Assembly: GCA_045576735.1 (NCBI GenBank)
Contig: JAZNGZ010000062.1
Coordinates: 1,127-65,126 of the forward strand
Length of the DNA: 64,000 bases
Origin: Muribaculaceae bacterium
GTDB taxonomy: Bacteria > Bacteroidota > Bacteroidia > Bacteroidales > Muribaculaceae
Direction of reading: 5' to 3'
Position numbers and translations under genes: made by a program. The notes beneath the pieces are model-generated. The model searched no databases and had not been told where the DNA came from. It saw nothing but the letters and a program-made list of their open reading frames with translations. Each line of letters opens with the position of its first letter. Position 1 is the stretch's first letter. This document shows positions 1-9,328 of the stretch, piece after piece.

Positions 1-1
1 T

Positions 2-1582
2 ACTTGTATTTCTGAACAACGTCCAAGCCCGGAAGGGAAAGCGATTAAAGGTATATCGTCAATTAATGATACATGCCTAATTACTGTCTCCGGTTTGGGT
101 ATGGTTGGAATAATTGGTATTAATGCACGTATATTTAATGCATTGGCCAAAAATGGAGTAAGTGTCTTCTTGGTGTCACAAGCGTCAAGTGAAAATAATA
201 CATCATTTGCGGTTAAGAATGCAGATGCAGAATTAGCGGTACAAGTTTTAAAAGAAGAATTTGCTGTAGAATTACAATCAGGCGAAATAAGTGAAATCGC
301 AGCAGAACCCAATCTTGCAACAGTTGCAATTGTTGGTGAAAATATGAAACATTCTACTGGTATTGCTGGTAAATTGTTTAATACATTGGGCCGAAACGGG
401 ATTAATGTCATTGCTTGTGCGCAAGGAGCATCTGAAACAAATATTTCATTTGTTATTGATTTGAAGAACTTACGTAAAGCACTTAACGTAATTCATGACT
501 CGTTTTTTCTTTCAGAAACACAGGTATTAAATTTATTTATTGTAGGAGTCGGTAATGTTGGACAACATTTATTGGAACAGATAAGATTGCAACACGACAA
601 TTTGTTGAAATATAAAGCTTTGGAGTTGAGAGTTGTGGGTATCTCTAATTCCCGTAAATGTGTTTTTGATAGAGAGGGAATTAATATATCGAATTATAAG
701 CAATTGCTCGATGATTCTAAGATAATAGCTACTCCTGATAATATCAAGGAGGGTATCTTAGGCATGAATATATTTAATTCTGTATTTGTAGATTGTACCG
801 CTAATGAAGGTGTCGCTTCATTATATACTGATTTATTGTCTCATAATGTTAATGTTGTTGCAGCGAATAAAATTGCAGCGTCATCATGTTATAAAAACTA
901 CTCAAAACTCAAACGTATTGCTCGTAAGAAGGATGTTAAGTTTTTGTTCGAGACTAATGTTGGCGCAGGGTTGCCTATCATAAATACAATTAATAGCTTG
1001 ATAAATTCTGGCGATAAGATATTAAAGATTGAAGCTGTTTTATCAGGAACACTTAATTTTATTTTTAATGTATTGTCGTCTGATACTCCAATGAGTAAAG
1101 CTATTTTAATGGCAAAAGAAGCCGGTTATAGTGAGCCTGACCCTCGTATTGATTTAAGCGGTAAAGATGTTATCCGCAAATTAGTAATTCTTGCACGAGA
1201 AGCTGGTTATGCAGTAGAGCAAGATGATGTGGAAAAACATTTGTTTATTCCTCAAGAATATTTTAACGGCACTATAGATGATTTCTTTGCACATATATCG
1301 GAGCTAGATGCTGATTTCGAATCAAAACGAGCAGCTGCAGAAGCAGATAATCAGCGCTTCCGTTTTGTAGCACGTCTTGATGGAGGTAAATTAGATGTCA
1401 GTTTGCAGAAAGTAGGTTCTTCTCATCCATTCTATGTGCTAGAAGGTAGTAATAATGTAATTTTGTTGACTACTGAGCGATATAATGAATATCCAATGGT
1501 CATTAAAGGTTATGGAGCAGGAGCTGAAGTTACAGCAGCAGGTGTATTCGCCGATATAATTAGTATTGCCAATATTAGATAA
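2..1582 (+). CDS. thrA: Bifunctional aspartokinase / homoserine dehydrogenase, C-terminal part (5' end lies upstream of the window)
   Basis: The reading frame is open from base 2, with no stop before the listed Met at 95. ACT-like regulatory segments are followed by a homoserine dehydrogenase domain with the NAD-binding stretch FIVGVGNVGQHLLEQI. It heads a thr operon that ends with thrC. Confidence 0.9.
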   Translation, partial: TCISEQRPSPEGKAIKGISSINDTCLITVSGLGMVGIIGINARIFNALAKNGVSVFLVSQASSENNTSFAVKNADAELAVQVLKEEFAVELQSGEISEIAAEPNLATVAIVGENMKHSTGIAGKLFNTLGRNGINVIACAQGASETNISFVIDLKNLRKALNVIHDSFFLSETQVLNLFIVGVGNVGQHLLEQIRLQHDNLLKYKALELRVVGISNSRKCVFDREGINISNYKQLLDDSKIIATPDNIKEGILGMNIFNSVFVDCTANEGVASLYTDLLSHNVNVVAANKIAASSCYKNYSKLKRIARKKDVKFLFETNVGAGLPIINTINSLINSGDKILKIEAVLSGTLNFIFNVLSSDTPMSKAILMAKEAGYSEPDPRIDLSGKDVIRKLVILAREAGYAVEQDDVEKHLFIPQEYFNGTIDDFFAHISELDADFESKRAAAEADNQRFRFVARLDGGKLDVSLQKVGSSHPFYVLEGSNNVILLTTERYNEYPMVIKGYGAGAEVTAAGVFADIISIANIR

Positions 1583-1584
1583 TT

Positions 1585-2799
1585 ATGAAATATATAATTG
1601 TTCTAGGAGATGGTATGGCTGATGAGCCTATTGAATCCTTAGGGGGCAAAACCCCTCTTCAGGTAGCCAATACTCCTTCAATGGATTTTCTTGCAAAAAA
1701 TGGGAGAGTTGGTCGTCTTATAACGGTGCCCGAAGGATTTCATCCTGGTAGTGAAATCGCAAATTTGTCGGTTCTTGGTTATGATGTCGCTCAAGTTTTT
1801 GAAGGACGTGGTTCTCTTGAAGCAGCTAGCATGGGCATAGAAATTGAACCTGCTGAAATGGCAATGAGATGTAATCTCATATGTATAGAAGATGGTAAAA
1901 TAAAAAACCATTCGGCAGGACATATATCAAATGAAGAAGCAACAGAGCTAATCGAATACCTTCAAAAAGAACTTGGTGATGATTTAATTTCATTTTATCC
2001 TGGTATATCATATCGTCATTTGTTGAAAATAAAGAATGCAGATAAAAGAGTGATGTGCACTCCTCCCCATGATGTTCCTGGTACGCCATTCAAAGATGTT
2101 TTGGTGAAACCTATGGTTGATGATGCGATTGAGACTTCTGAATTGATTAATCAGCTTATTTTAAAATCACAACAATTGTTATCAACACACCCTATTAACA
2201 TAAAACGTATCAAAGAAGGGAAAGATCCAGCTAATAGTATCTGGCCATGGTCGCCAGGTTATAAACCATCTATGAAGACAATGTCTGAATTATATGGGAT
2301 AAATAAAGGTGTTGTTATTTCAGCTGTAGATTTGATTAGGGGGATTGGTGTTTATTCGGGTTTAACTCCCATTATTGTAGACGGAGCAACAGGCTTATAT
2401 GATACAAATTATGAAGGAAAGGTAAATGCGGCAATTAGCGCGCTTAAAACTGATGTTGATTTTGTTTTTTTGCATATTGAGGCAAGTGATGAGGCGGGAC
2501 ATGAAGGAGATGTAGCATTGAAGATTAAGACTATAGAATATTTAGACGAAAGAGTCTTGAAACCGTTAATAACTTCGTTAGACGTAATAACCGAACAAGT
2601 TACTATCGCGGTATTACCCGACCACCCTACTCCATGTCGATTAAGAACCCATACTGCCGAGGCCGTTCCTTTCATAATTTATCACAAAGGGATTGAGGCT
2701 GATGGTGTAACTACATTTGATGAGGAATCATCAAAAAATGGAAGTTATGGAACATTAAATACTCAAGAATTTATAAAAAACTTAATTGTAAACAATTAA
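1585..2799 (+). CDS. Cofactor-independent phosphoglycerate mutase-like (alkaline phosphatase superfamily) protein; probable non-orthologous homoserine kinase
   Basis: N-terminus MKYIIVLGDGMADEP and the later HIEASDEAGHEGD metal-site motif are typical of the ApgM family. It sits exactly between thrA and thrC where thrB would be, with a 2-nt gap to thrA and a 12-nt gap to thrC. Confidence 0.75.
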   Translation: MKYIIVLGDGMADEPIESLGGKTPLQVANTPSMDFLAKNGRVGRLITVPEGFHPGSEIANLSVLGYDVAQVFEGRGSLEAASMGIEIEPAEMAMRCNLICIEDGKIKNHSAGHISNEEATELIEYLQKELGDDLISFYPGISYRHLLKIKNADKRVMCTPPHDVPGTPFKDVLVKPMVDDAIETSELINQLILKSQQLLSTHPINIKRIKEGKDPANSIWPWSPGYKPSMKTMSELYGINKGVVISAVDLIRGIGVYSGLTPIIVDGATGLYDTNYEGKVNAAISALKTDVDFVFLHIEASDEAGHEGDVALKIKTIEYLDERVLKPLITSLDVITEQVTIAVLPDHPTPCRLRTHTAEAVPFIIYHKGIEADGVTTFDEESSKNGSYGTLNTQEFIKNLIVNN

Positions 2800-2811
2800 T
2801 AACTAAATAAA

Positions 2812-4116
2812 ATGCTATATTATAGTACAAGTGGACATGCACCAAAAGCTTCCCTTCAAGAAGCTGTAGTAAAAGGTTTAGCTCCTGATAAAGGGTTGTA
2901 TATGCCTGAAAGAATACCAACAATCCCTAAGGCTTTTTTTAACAATATTGGCGATATGTCATTACAAGATATTGCTTATGTTGTAGCTAACACTTTATTT
3001 GGTGAAGATATTGAGTCGGAGACACTTAAGAATATTGTTAACGATACATTAAACTTTGATATTCCTTTAGTTCATGTTGATGAAAATAGATATAGTTTAG
3101 AACTATTTCATGGACCTACATTGGCATTCAAAGATGTTGGAGCTCGTTTCATGGCGCGATTGCTAAGCTATTTCAATAAGAAGAACGGAACAAAAGATGT
3201 TAATGTTTTGGTCGCAACTTCGGGCGATACAGGTAGTGCAGTAGCAAATGGCTTTTTAGGTGTGCCTGGTGTTAATGTATATGTTTTGTATCCTAAAGGA
3301 AAAGTGAGCAAAATACAAGAGGCTCAATTTACAACATTAGGTAAAAATATAACAGCATTAGAGGTCTCTGGAACATTTGACGATTGTCAAGCATTGGTAA
3401 AAAATGCATTTATGGATGTTGAACTAAATGAAAAAATGCAATTAACATCAGCTAATTCCATTAATGTAGCTCGTTTTTTGCCACAAATGTTTTATTATTT
3501 CTATGCTTATGCGCAGTTAGCACGTCAAGGAATGCCATTGGATAATATTGTTATTTCTGTTCCGAGTGGTAATTTTGGAAATATTACAGCAGGGTTAATT
3601 GGTAAAAAAATGGGATTGCCAATAAAACGTTTTATTGCTGCAAATAATAAGAATGATATTTTCTATCAGTATTTATTGACTGGCGAATACAATCCACGTC
3701 CATCAATAGCAACAATAGCAAATGCTATGGATGTAGGTGCTCCGTCAAATTTTGCACGTGTACTTGACCTTTATGGAAATTCTCATGATGCAATTGTCTC
3801 GGAAATTTCAGGTTGTACATATACTGATGACCAAATCGCTGAAACATTGAGAGATACTTATAATAAGACTAATTATCTGTTAGACCCTCATGGTGCGGTA
3901 GGTTATAGAAGTTTACTTGAAGGATTGAATGATAATGAAATTGGTGTATTCCTTGAGACAGCTCATCCTGCGAAGTTTAAGGAAGCAGTTGAATCAATAA
4001 TTAATACTAATATCACTATTCCGGCCAAGCTAGCTGCATTCATGAAAGGGAATAAGTCAACAGTTAAAATGTCATCATCGTTCTCATCGTTAAAAAAATA
4101 TTTAATGACCGTTTAA
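2812..4116 (+). CDS. thrC: Threonine synthase
   Basis: PLP-lysine context HGPTLAFKDVG, plus ATSGDTGSA and SGNFGN blocks. The 434-aa length fits, and it is the third gene of the thr operon. Confidence 0.92.
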   Translation: MLYYSTSGHAPKASLQEAVVKGLAPDKGLYMPERIPTIPKAFFNNIGDMSLQDIAYVVANTLFGEDIESETLKNIVNDTLNFDIPLVHVDENRYSLELFHGPTLAFKDVGARFMARLLSYFNKKNGTKDVNVLVATSGDTGSAVANGFLGVPGVNVYVLYPKGKVSKIQEAQFTTLGKNITALEVSGTFDDCQALVKNAFMDVELNEKMQLTSANSINVARFLPQMFYYFYAYAQLARQGMPLDNIVISVPSGNFGNITAGLIGKKMGLPIKRFIAANNKNDIFYQYLLTGEYNPRPSIATIANAMDVGAPSNFARVLDLYGNSHDAIVSEISGCTYTDDQIAETLRDTYNKTNYLLDPHGAVGYRSLLEGLNDNEIGVFLETAHPAKFKEAVESIINTNITIPAKLAAFMKGNKSTVKMSSSFSSLKKYLMTV

Positions 4117-4145
4117 TTACAATTATAATATCAAAATTTTTTATC

Positions 4146-4508
4146 ATGGCAAACAAACGCATTTTAAAAAAACAAATTAGGTATGTATGTGGTGATATCG
4201 CCGCAGAATGTATATTGGCAATGAATTTTATAGAAGGTATTGATGTTGAGAAAATGCAATCACTTGTATTTGAAGTCGCTTCTTTGCAAACATCTTCGCT
4301 AGCTAAAGTATCCTTTTCTTATGATAAAATTAAAGCAGATTTTGAATCATCGCATGAATATAATGTTACTAAGAATAAATACTTTAGAATTGCGTATAAT
4401 TCTTTGAAATCAGAATTTAATCAAAAAGTGCAAGATATTGTGAAATCAATGAACGCACTTTTACCTCAATCTCAAAAAGACGCAAATAAACAAGCATTGA
4501 ATAAATAA
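4146..4508 (+). CDS. Hypothetical protein (120 aa, helical, no recognisable motif)
   Basis: Clean ATG-started ORF that fills the gap between thrC and the acyltransferase on the same strand. I recognise no family. Confidence 0.5.
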   Translation: MANKRILKKQIRYVCGDIAAECILAMNFIEGIDVEKMQSLVFEVASLQTSSLAKVSFSYDKIKADFESSHEYNVTKNKYFRIAYNSLKSEFNQKVQDIVKSMNALLPQSQKDANKQALNK

Positions 4509-4512
4509 CTTG

Positions 4513-5055
4513 ATGAAGTTATTAGCCAAATGGATATTAAAAATAGTCGGATGGGAGGTGATTATCACAGCCCCCGACTATCCTAGATGTATTATTTGTG
4601 TTGCTCCCCATACAAGTAATTGGGATTTTATTCTTGGCAAATTGGCATATATGTCGGTTGGCAGAAAGGCCGGTTTTTTAATGAAAGAATCATGGTTCTT
4701 TTTTCCATTAGGACTATTCTTTAAGTCTATTGGTGGAATTCCTGTTCCGAAGAAACGGGGTGCATCATTAGTAGATGTTTTAATTGAAAAATTTAAATCA
4801 TCAGATAATTTGTGTCTTGCTATTACCCCTGAGGGTACGCGTAGTAAAGTGTCACAATGGCGGTCGGGATTTTTGCATATTGCTAAAGGTGCAAATGTTC
4901 CAATCTTATTAGGTAAATTTGATTTTAAAAACAAGTGTATAATTGTTAATGATGAGTTTGTGGTAAGTGGAGATGCCGAAGATGATATGTTGAGAATTAA
5001 AACTTACTATAAGGATGCTAACGCTTGTTATCCCGATAAATTTTGTACTGATTAA
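4513..5055 (+). CDS. Lysophospholipid / 1-acyl-sn-glycerol-3-phosphate acyltransferase family protein
   Basis: HX4D acyltransferase motif in APHTSNWDF and a second block ITPEGTR. The ATG at 4513 is preferred over the TTG at 4510 used by the ORF track. Confidence 0.75.
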   Translation: MKLLAKWILKIVGWEVIITAPDYPRCIICVAPHTSNWDFILGKLAYMSVGRKAGFLMKESWFFFPLGLFFKSIGGIPVPKKRGASLVDVLIEKFKSSDNLCLAITPEGTRSKVSQWRSGFLHIAKGANVPILLGKFDFKNKCIIVNDEFVVSGDAEDDMLRIKTYYKDANACYPDKFCTD

Positions 5056-5057
5056 TT

Positions 5058-5858
5058 ATGTCGAGAGAGAAATTAAAAGTTGCTATAGTTTCTAATGATA
5101 TCGCTTGGGGTGATAAAGAAGAAAATATAATCACGGTAGCTGAATTGCTCAATAGAGTTGATAAAGATGTTGATTTAGTTGTTTTACCGGAGTTATTTTG
5201 TACTGGTTTTATGCCAACATTAGGGCAATTGCATGAAATGGCTGAAGATGATAGTGGTGTAATTATTGTTAATGTGCAACGATGGGCTCAGTTTTTTAAA
5301 TTTGCAATTTGTGGGAGTTATATAGCAAAAGATAATGGTCGTTATTATAATCGAGCTTTTTTTGTCGAACCTTCGGGCGATATGACTTTTTATGATAAAA
5401 GACATCTGTATTCTATTACTCAAGAGAATAAATGTTATGAGCAAGGATTAAAAAAGTCCCCGATAATAAGGTATAGAGGATGGAATATATCGATGCAGAT
5501 ATGTTATGATGTTAGGTTTCCGGTGTGGTGTAGAAATGTTAATAATAAAATTGATTTAATGGTTGTGCCGGCTAATTGCTCAACAGATAGAGCTCATTCA
5601 TGGAAACATTTATTAATTGCTAGAGCTATTGAAAATCAATTTTTTGTAGTTGGTGCAAATCGATCAGGAAGTGACGATTGTGGAGATTATAATGGATTAT
5701 CATATATCTTTGATTATCTTGGCAACAATATAGGTTCTATTTCTGATAAATCTAACTTAATAATCCATGCCAAATTAGATAAAAATGCTATGATTAATAA
5801 TAGAACTGATTTCCCTACAACTAAAGATGCCGATGACTTTATTCTATATATTAATTAA
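5058..5858 (+). CDS. Carbon-nitrogen hydrolase (nitrilase superfamily) amidohydrolase, omega-amidase-like
   Basis: Contexts for the Glu-Lys-Cys triad are present: VLPELF, YDKRHLY and MQICYDVRFP. The 266-aa length is typical. Confidence 0.8.
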   Translation: MSREKLKVAIVSNDIAWGDKEENIITVAELLNRVDKDVDLVVLPELFCTGFMPTLGQLHEMAEDDSGVIIVNVQRWAQFFKFAICGSYIAKDNGRYYNRAFFVEPSGDMTFYDKRHLYSITQENKCYEQGLKKSPIIRYRGWNISMQICYDVRFPVWCRNVNNKIDLMVVPANCSTDRAHSWKHLLIARAIENQFFVVGANRSGSDDCGDYNGLSYIFDYLGNNIGSISDKSNLIIHAKLDKNAMINNRTDFPTTKDADDFILYIN

Positions 5859-6431
5859 ATTATATATTTGAGGCAATATAGGTGTGCAGTTTCCATCATT
5901 AACTATAGTTTTAATATTATTGTGCTGACTTTGTCCACGTGTAATTTCTTGTGACTTTATACGAGCCTTAACATCTTTTTCTGTTATTCCGTTGCGTTTT
6001 ATAACTCTTTTAATGCGTGTTTCTGTTGAGGCTTCAACCTCCCAAACTTCATCAACAATTTTATCTAATCCACTTTGATATAATATCGCTGTTTCAATAA
6101 ATAATTTTTTATTACAAGAGTGATTATCAATCCATCTAATTATATCATTCTTCACAGATGTATGAACAATTGAATTTAGTATTTCAAGTTTCTCGGCATT
6201 ATTAAATACTATATCAGATAGGATTTTTCGATCTATAAATCCGTCTGAAGTAATTGCTTTTGAATATATTCTGTCAGAGATTTGTTTCTTTATAACATTG
6301 TCGTTGTTCATTAAGTACTTGGCGTTGTAATCACAATCATATACTAAATAACCAAAACAAGTCAATATTTTACTAACTAGTGATTTGCCACACCCTATTC
6401 CTCCCGATATAGCTATAATATAAGGTTTCAT
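5844..6431 (-). CDS. coaE: Dephospho-CoA kinase
   Basis: N-terminal P-loop ISGGIGCGKS and a length of about 195 aa. Its 3' end overlaps the convergent nitrilase gene by 15 nt. Confidence 0.9.
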   Translation of the reverse strand: MKPYIIAISGGIGCGKSLVSKILTCFGYLVYDCDYNAKYLMNNDNVIKKQISDRIYSKAITSDGFIDRKILSDIVFNNAEKLEILNSIVHTSVKNDIIRWIDNHSCNKKLFIETAILYQSGLDKIVDEVWEVEASTETRIKRVIKRNGITEKDVKARIKSQEITRGQSQHNNIKTIVNDGNCTPILPQIYNLINI

Positions 6432-6433
6432 GA

Positions 6434-7384
6434 TTATTTTTCAATTACATATTCAACGCTATCAACATTAACTGCAGCCCCGCGATAGTTGGTTGGAATA
6501 TCAATTAGTTTTAAAGGAACTTTTTTGGATGTTGGTTTTATATCCTTATAATCAACTATAACTCTAATGAGTTTATTTTCATTGTTGAACAAACTCTTTG
6601 GAATTAGATAGTTAATTTCAATGTTAGATGGGAAGGTAATTAATCGTTGCCCTTCAGGAACGTTTATTGCTTCGATATTGGCAAGTCTCTTTTTAGAAAT
6701 GAGTGGTTCGATAGGGATTGTAACATTAACGGAGTCGGGTATTGCTCTCATTCCTTTAGGAGGAATAACCTTGACTTTAAGTGTTGTAGTTTTGTTTAAA
6801 TTGTCATATTTAATTGGAGCAGTTTCTACTTCGATTACTTTTGAAGATATATTATCAGTGGAATATAGTAATACTTCTTCTTGGTCGCATGTAATTGAAC
6901 CATTCAAAATGAATTGGTTATTAGAAGATTCTTCAGTGATTAATTTTAGTTTGACCGGTTTCCCTTTTCGGTGTGTGTATAATATATTTATTGAATCGGG
7001 TGAGAATGAAGTTGCAATACTATTAGAGCCAAACATATCTCTAAAAAGTTGCTGTAGGTCGCTTTTGCCAAGTGAAATGCGATTTTTTTCAGCAAATCTG
7101 TTATAATCAACGTTTATTGTTGGCAGAGATTTAAGTTTGTATTTGAAATAATATATTCCTTTAGCATTAACATTCACTTTAATTGCATTGGGTATATCTG
7201 AGATTATTGTTACACTATCGGGTACGTTAGTAATTTTTACCGGATATTTCACGTCAAATATGAAGTTTTCATTCAGTGTTAATGCTGCCCAAAAAACAAA
7301 TGAAATAAGGACAAACATTGAAAACTGAACGATTTTTTTCCCGCTGTTAGATTTTAATTTCTTTTTAAGTGAACGTATATTCAT
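6434..7384 (-). CDS. YbbR-like domain-containing membrane-anchored protein
   Basis: N-terminal TM helix followed by a repeated beta-rich domain. The yajC / this gene / coaE order matches the arrangement I recall for Bacteroidales. The family call is from memory, not from a search. Confidence 0.55.
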   Translation of the reverse strand: MNIRSLKKKLKSNSGKKIVQFSMFVLISFVFWAALTLNENFIFDVKYPVKITNVPDSVTIISDIPNAIKVNVNAKGIYYFKYKLKSLPTINVDYNRFAEKNRISLGKSDLQQLFRDMFGSNSIATSFSPDSINILYTHRKGKPVKLKLITEESSNNQFILNGSITCDQEEVLLYSTDNISSKVIEVETAPIKYDNLNKTTTLKVKVIPPKGMRAIPDSVNVTIPIEPLISKKRLANIEAINVPEGQRLITFPSNIEINYLIPKSLFNNENKLIRVIVDYKDIKPTSKKVPLKLIDIPTNYRGAAVNVDSVEYVIEK

Positions 7385-7397
7385 ATACTATTATATA

Positions 7398-7429
7398 AAG
7401 CCTATTCATGATAAAATGAATAGGCTTTA
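7398..7429 (-). terminator. Hairpin between yajC and the ybbR-like gene
   Basis: AAAGCCTATTCAT (7398-7410) pairs with ATGAATAGGCTTT (7417-7429), a 13-bp perfect stem. No clear U-tract follows, so this may be an attenuating or processing hairpin rather than a full terminator. Confidence 0.45.
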
Positions 7430-7445
7430 TTGTTAATTAAGAAAG

Positions 7446-7784
7446 TTATTTTTGTACTTCGCCGTTACCTTGAGCAGCTTCAGCTTCAGCTGCAGATGGA
7501 TATACAGAACCTTTGTCAATCATGATTTTTACACCATCAGCGATTTCTATTTGAAATGTTGTATCGTTTATATTACGAACTTTGCCATATATGCCACCAG
7601 CTGTGATAATTCTATCGCCCACTTTAATCCCTTCACGGAATTTTCTAATTTCTTTTTGACGTTTTTGTTGTGGTCTTATCATAAAAAAGTAAAATACAAC
7701 GATAAGCGCAACAATCATAATCATACTTGACCAACCACCACCTTGAGCTGCTTGTTCTTGTAATAAAATGAAGTTTGTTAACAT
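7446..7784 (-). CDS. yajC: Preprotein translocase subunit YajC
   Basis: 112 aa with a single TM helix, then RPQQKRQKE and GDRIITAGGIYGKV, which are typical YajC motifs. Confidence 0.85.
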   Translation of the reverse strand: MLTNFILLQEQAAQGGGWSSMIMIVALIVVFYFFMIRPQQKRQKEIRKFREGIKVGDRIITAGGIYGKVRNINDTTFQIEIADGVKIMIDKGSVYPSAAEAEAAQGNGEVQK

Positions 7785-7835
7785 GATAAATTTATTAAAT
7801 GTTTATATTGTTACAAAAATAATAGTTTTATTTGA

Positions 7836-9248
7836 TTATTTGTTCAATAGACCTTCTTTTTTTAAGAAATTTATTACTGAATAGAGAATTCCGTTGATGA
7901 ATTGGCCACTTTTAGATGTGCTATAACTATTAGCAATTTCTATATATTCGTTTAAAGTGACAGGAATTGGAATAAGTGGGAATCTTAACATTTCAGCAAT
8001 TGCTGTTGACATAATAATAATGTCCATAAATGCAAGTCGGTCCGAATCCCATTGTTTACTGATGAATTGATCTATATATCCACGATATACATCAAAATTA
8101 TTTATTGTTTCGGCAAATAATTGTGGGCCAAATTCGGCGTCTTCATCATCCTTAAACTGTGGAATGAATTCTACTTTTTCAGTTTGAGAATTAGCGATAT
8201 TCTTAATAGTTTTTATAATAAATGTTCCAATTATATGAAGATCATCATTCCAATAAGGCGATTTTGCTTCTAAAGCATCGATGAAATCTTCGTCGTCAAA
8301 TATTATAGATTTTAGTATATTTCTCCAAAATGCACAGTCGTCGGTAAATGTGACAACTTCAGCGTCCATGTATTGTTTGTATATTTCAGATGCAATAATT
8401 TTGTCAAGAAGTTCCTTTAAAAACAATGGATCATCATTCCATGTAATAGGATTTGAAGAGAGGTAATCGTTGAATTCTTCGCTAGTTTCTAATGCATTTA
8501 CTAAACGATTGTCAATAAATCGAGTATTTGGGTTTAAATCATCAACTGTTGGGAGATACTTAGTTTTTGCTGCATCTAGACGTTGACACTGCATTTGTGT
8601 CAAATCAATGATTAGCTTAAATATGCTATAATATAATTCTTGGGATTTATCTAATGATTTAAATAGTGATTTTCGAGCTTCATTAAGCGTTGTGTGAGTA
8701 TCACTATAATTAGAAAGTGTATCTACCAGCATTTTTATGCCGGCCTCGAAACCTTTAATAGTGAAGTTGTCGTCAACTCGTGCAGCTTCGATAAACTTTT
8801 GATTTTTTAATATTATAGAAAGTAAAATAATATTCCAGAACTTAACCTCGTCTTGAATTTCGGGTGTTTTAATCTTTTTAAAATCTTTATAAGCAGCTGA
8901 AGATATTATGAGTTTATATAAATCATTGGTAATGATGTCATAATTGCAAAGAGTATGTTTTTCTTTTGTAATTAATGATTTAATTTCATCAATACTTAAT
9001 AAAGCTTTAGCTAACTTAGAATTACTAAAGGCATCAAATTTTGTGTATAATAATTGATTGTTTGCGCCAATGTTATATCCTGATAGACGAAGGATAAGAA
9101 GTATTAAATCAAAATATATTGTATAACTATATTTTTTGTCTCGAGTAGGATTCTCGGGCATTGTTTCGATTTTAAATTCACTACGAGTGAGCAAGTATGA
9201 ATAAAGCATCTGCACAACCTTTATTCTTATTAAAATTCGATTAATCAT
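7836..9248 (-). CDS. nusB: Transcription antitermination factor NusB, unusually long form (470 aa)
   Basis: NusB-type N-terminus MINRILIRIKVVQMLYSY and C-terminal core DRLAFMDIIIMSTAIAEMLRF...PVTLNEYIEIANSYSTSKSGQFINGILYSV, separated by about 330 aa of helical insert. Confidence 0.8.
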   Translation of the reverse strand: MINRILIRIKVVQMLYSYLLTRSEFKIETMPENPTRDKKYSYTIYFDLILLILRLSGYNIGANNQLLYTKFDAFSNSKLAKALLSIDEIKSLITKEKHTLCNYDIITNDLYKLIISSAAYKDFKKIKTPEIQDEVKFWNIILLSIILKNQKFIEAARVDDNFTIKGFEAGIKMLVDTLSNYSDTHTTLNEARKSLFKSLDKSQELYYSIFKLIIDLTQMQCQRLDAAKTKYLPTVDDLNPNTRFIDNRLVNALETSEEFNDYLSSNPITWNDDPLFLKELLDKIIASEIYKQYMDAEVVTFTDDCAFWRNILKSIIFDDEDFIDALEAKSPYWNDDLHIIGTFIIKTIKNIANSQTEKVEFIPQFKDDEDAEFGPQLFAETINNFDVYRGYIDQFISKQWDSDRLAFMDIIIMSTAIAEMLRFPLIPIPVTLNEYIEIANSYSTSKSGQFINGILYSVINFLKKEGLLNK

Positions 9249-9279
9249 ATTTTTAATGTTCTATTTTGATTTAACTATG

Positions 9280-9287
9280 CAAAATTA
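9280..9287 (-). promoter_or_regulatory. -7 box TAatTTTG upstream of nusB
   Basis: Forward-strand caaaatta lies 32 nt upstream of the nusB ATG at 9248. Confidence 0.4.
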
Positions 9288-9328
9288 CAAAATATATTTT
9301 GATTAAAACTTATTTATATAGTTATATT

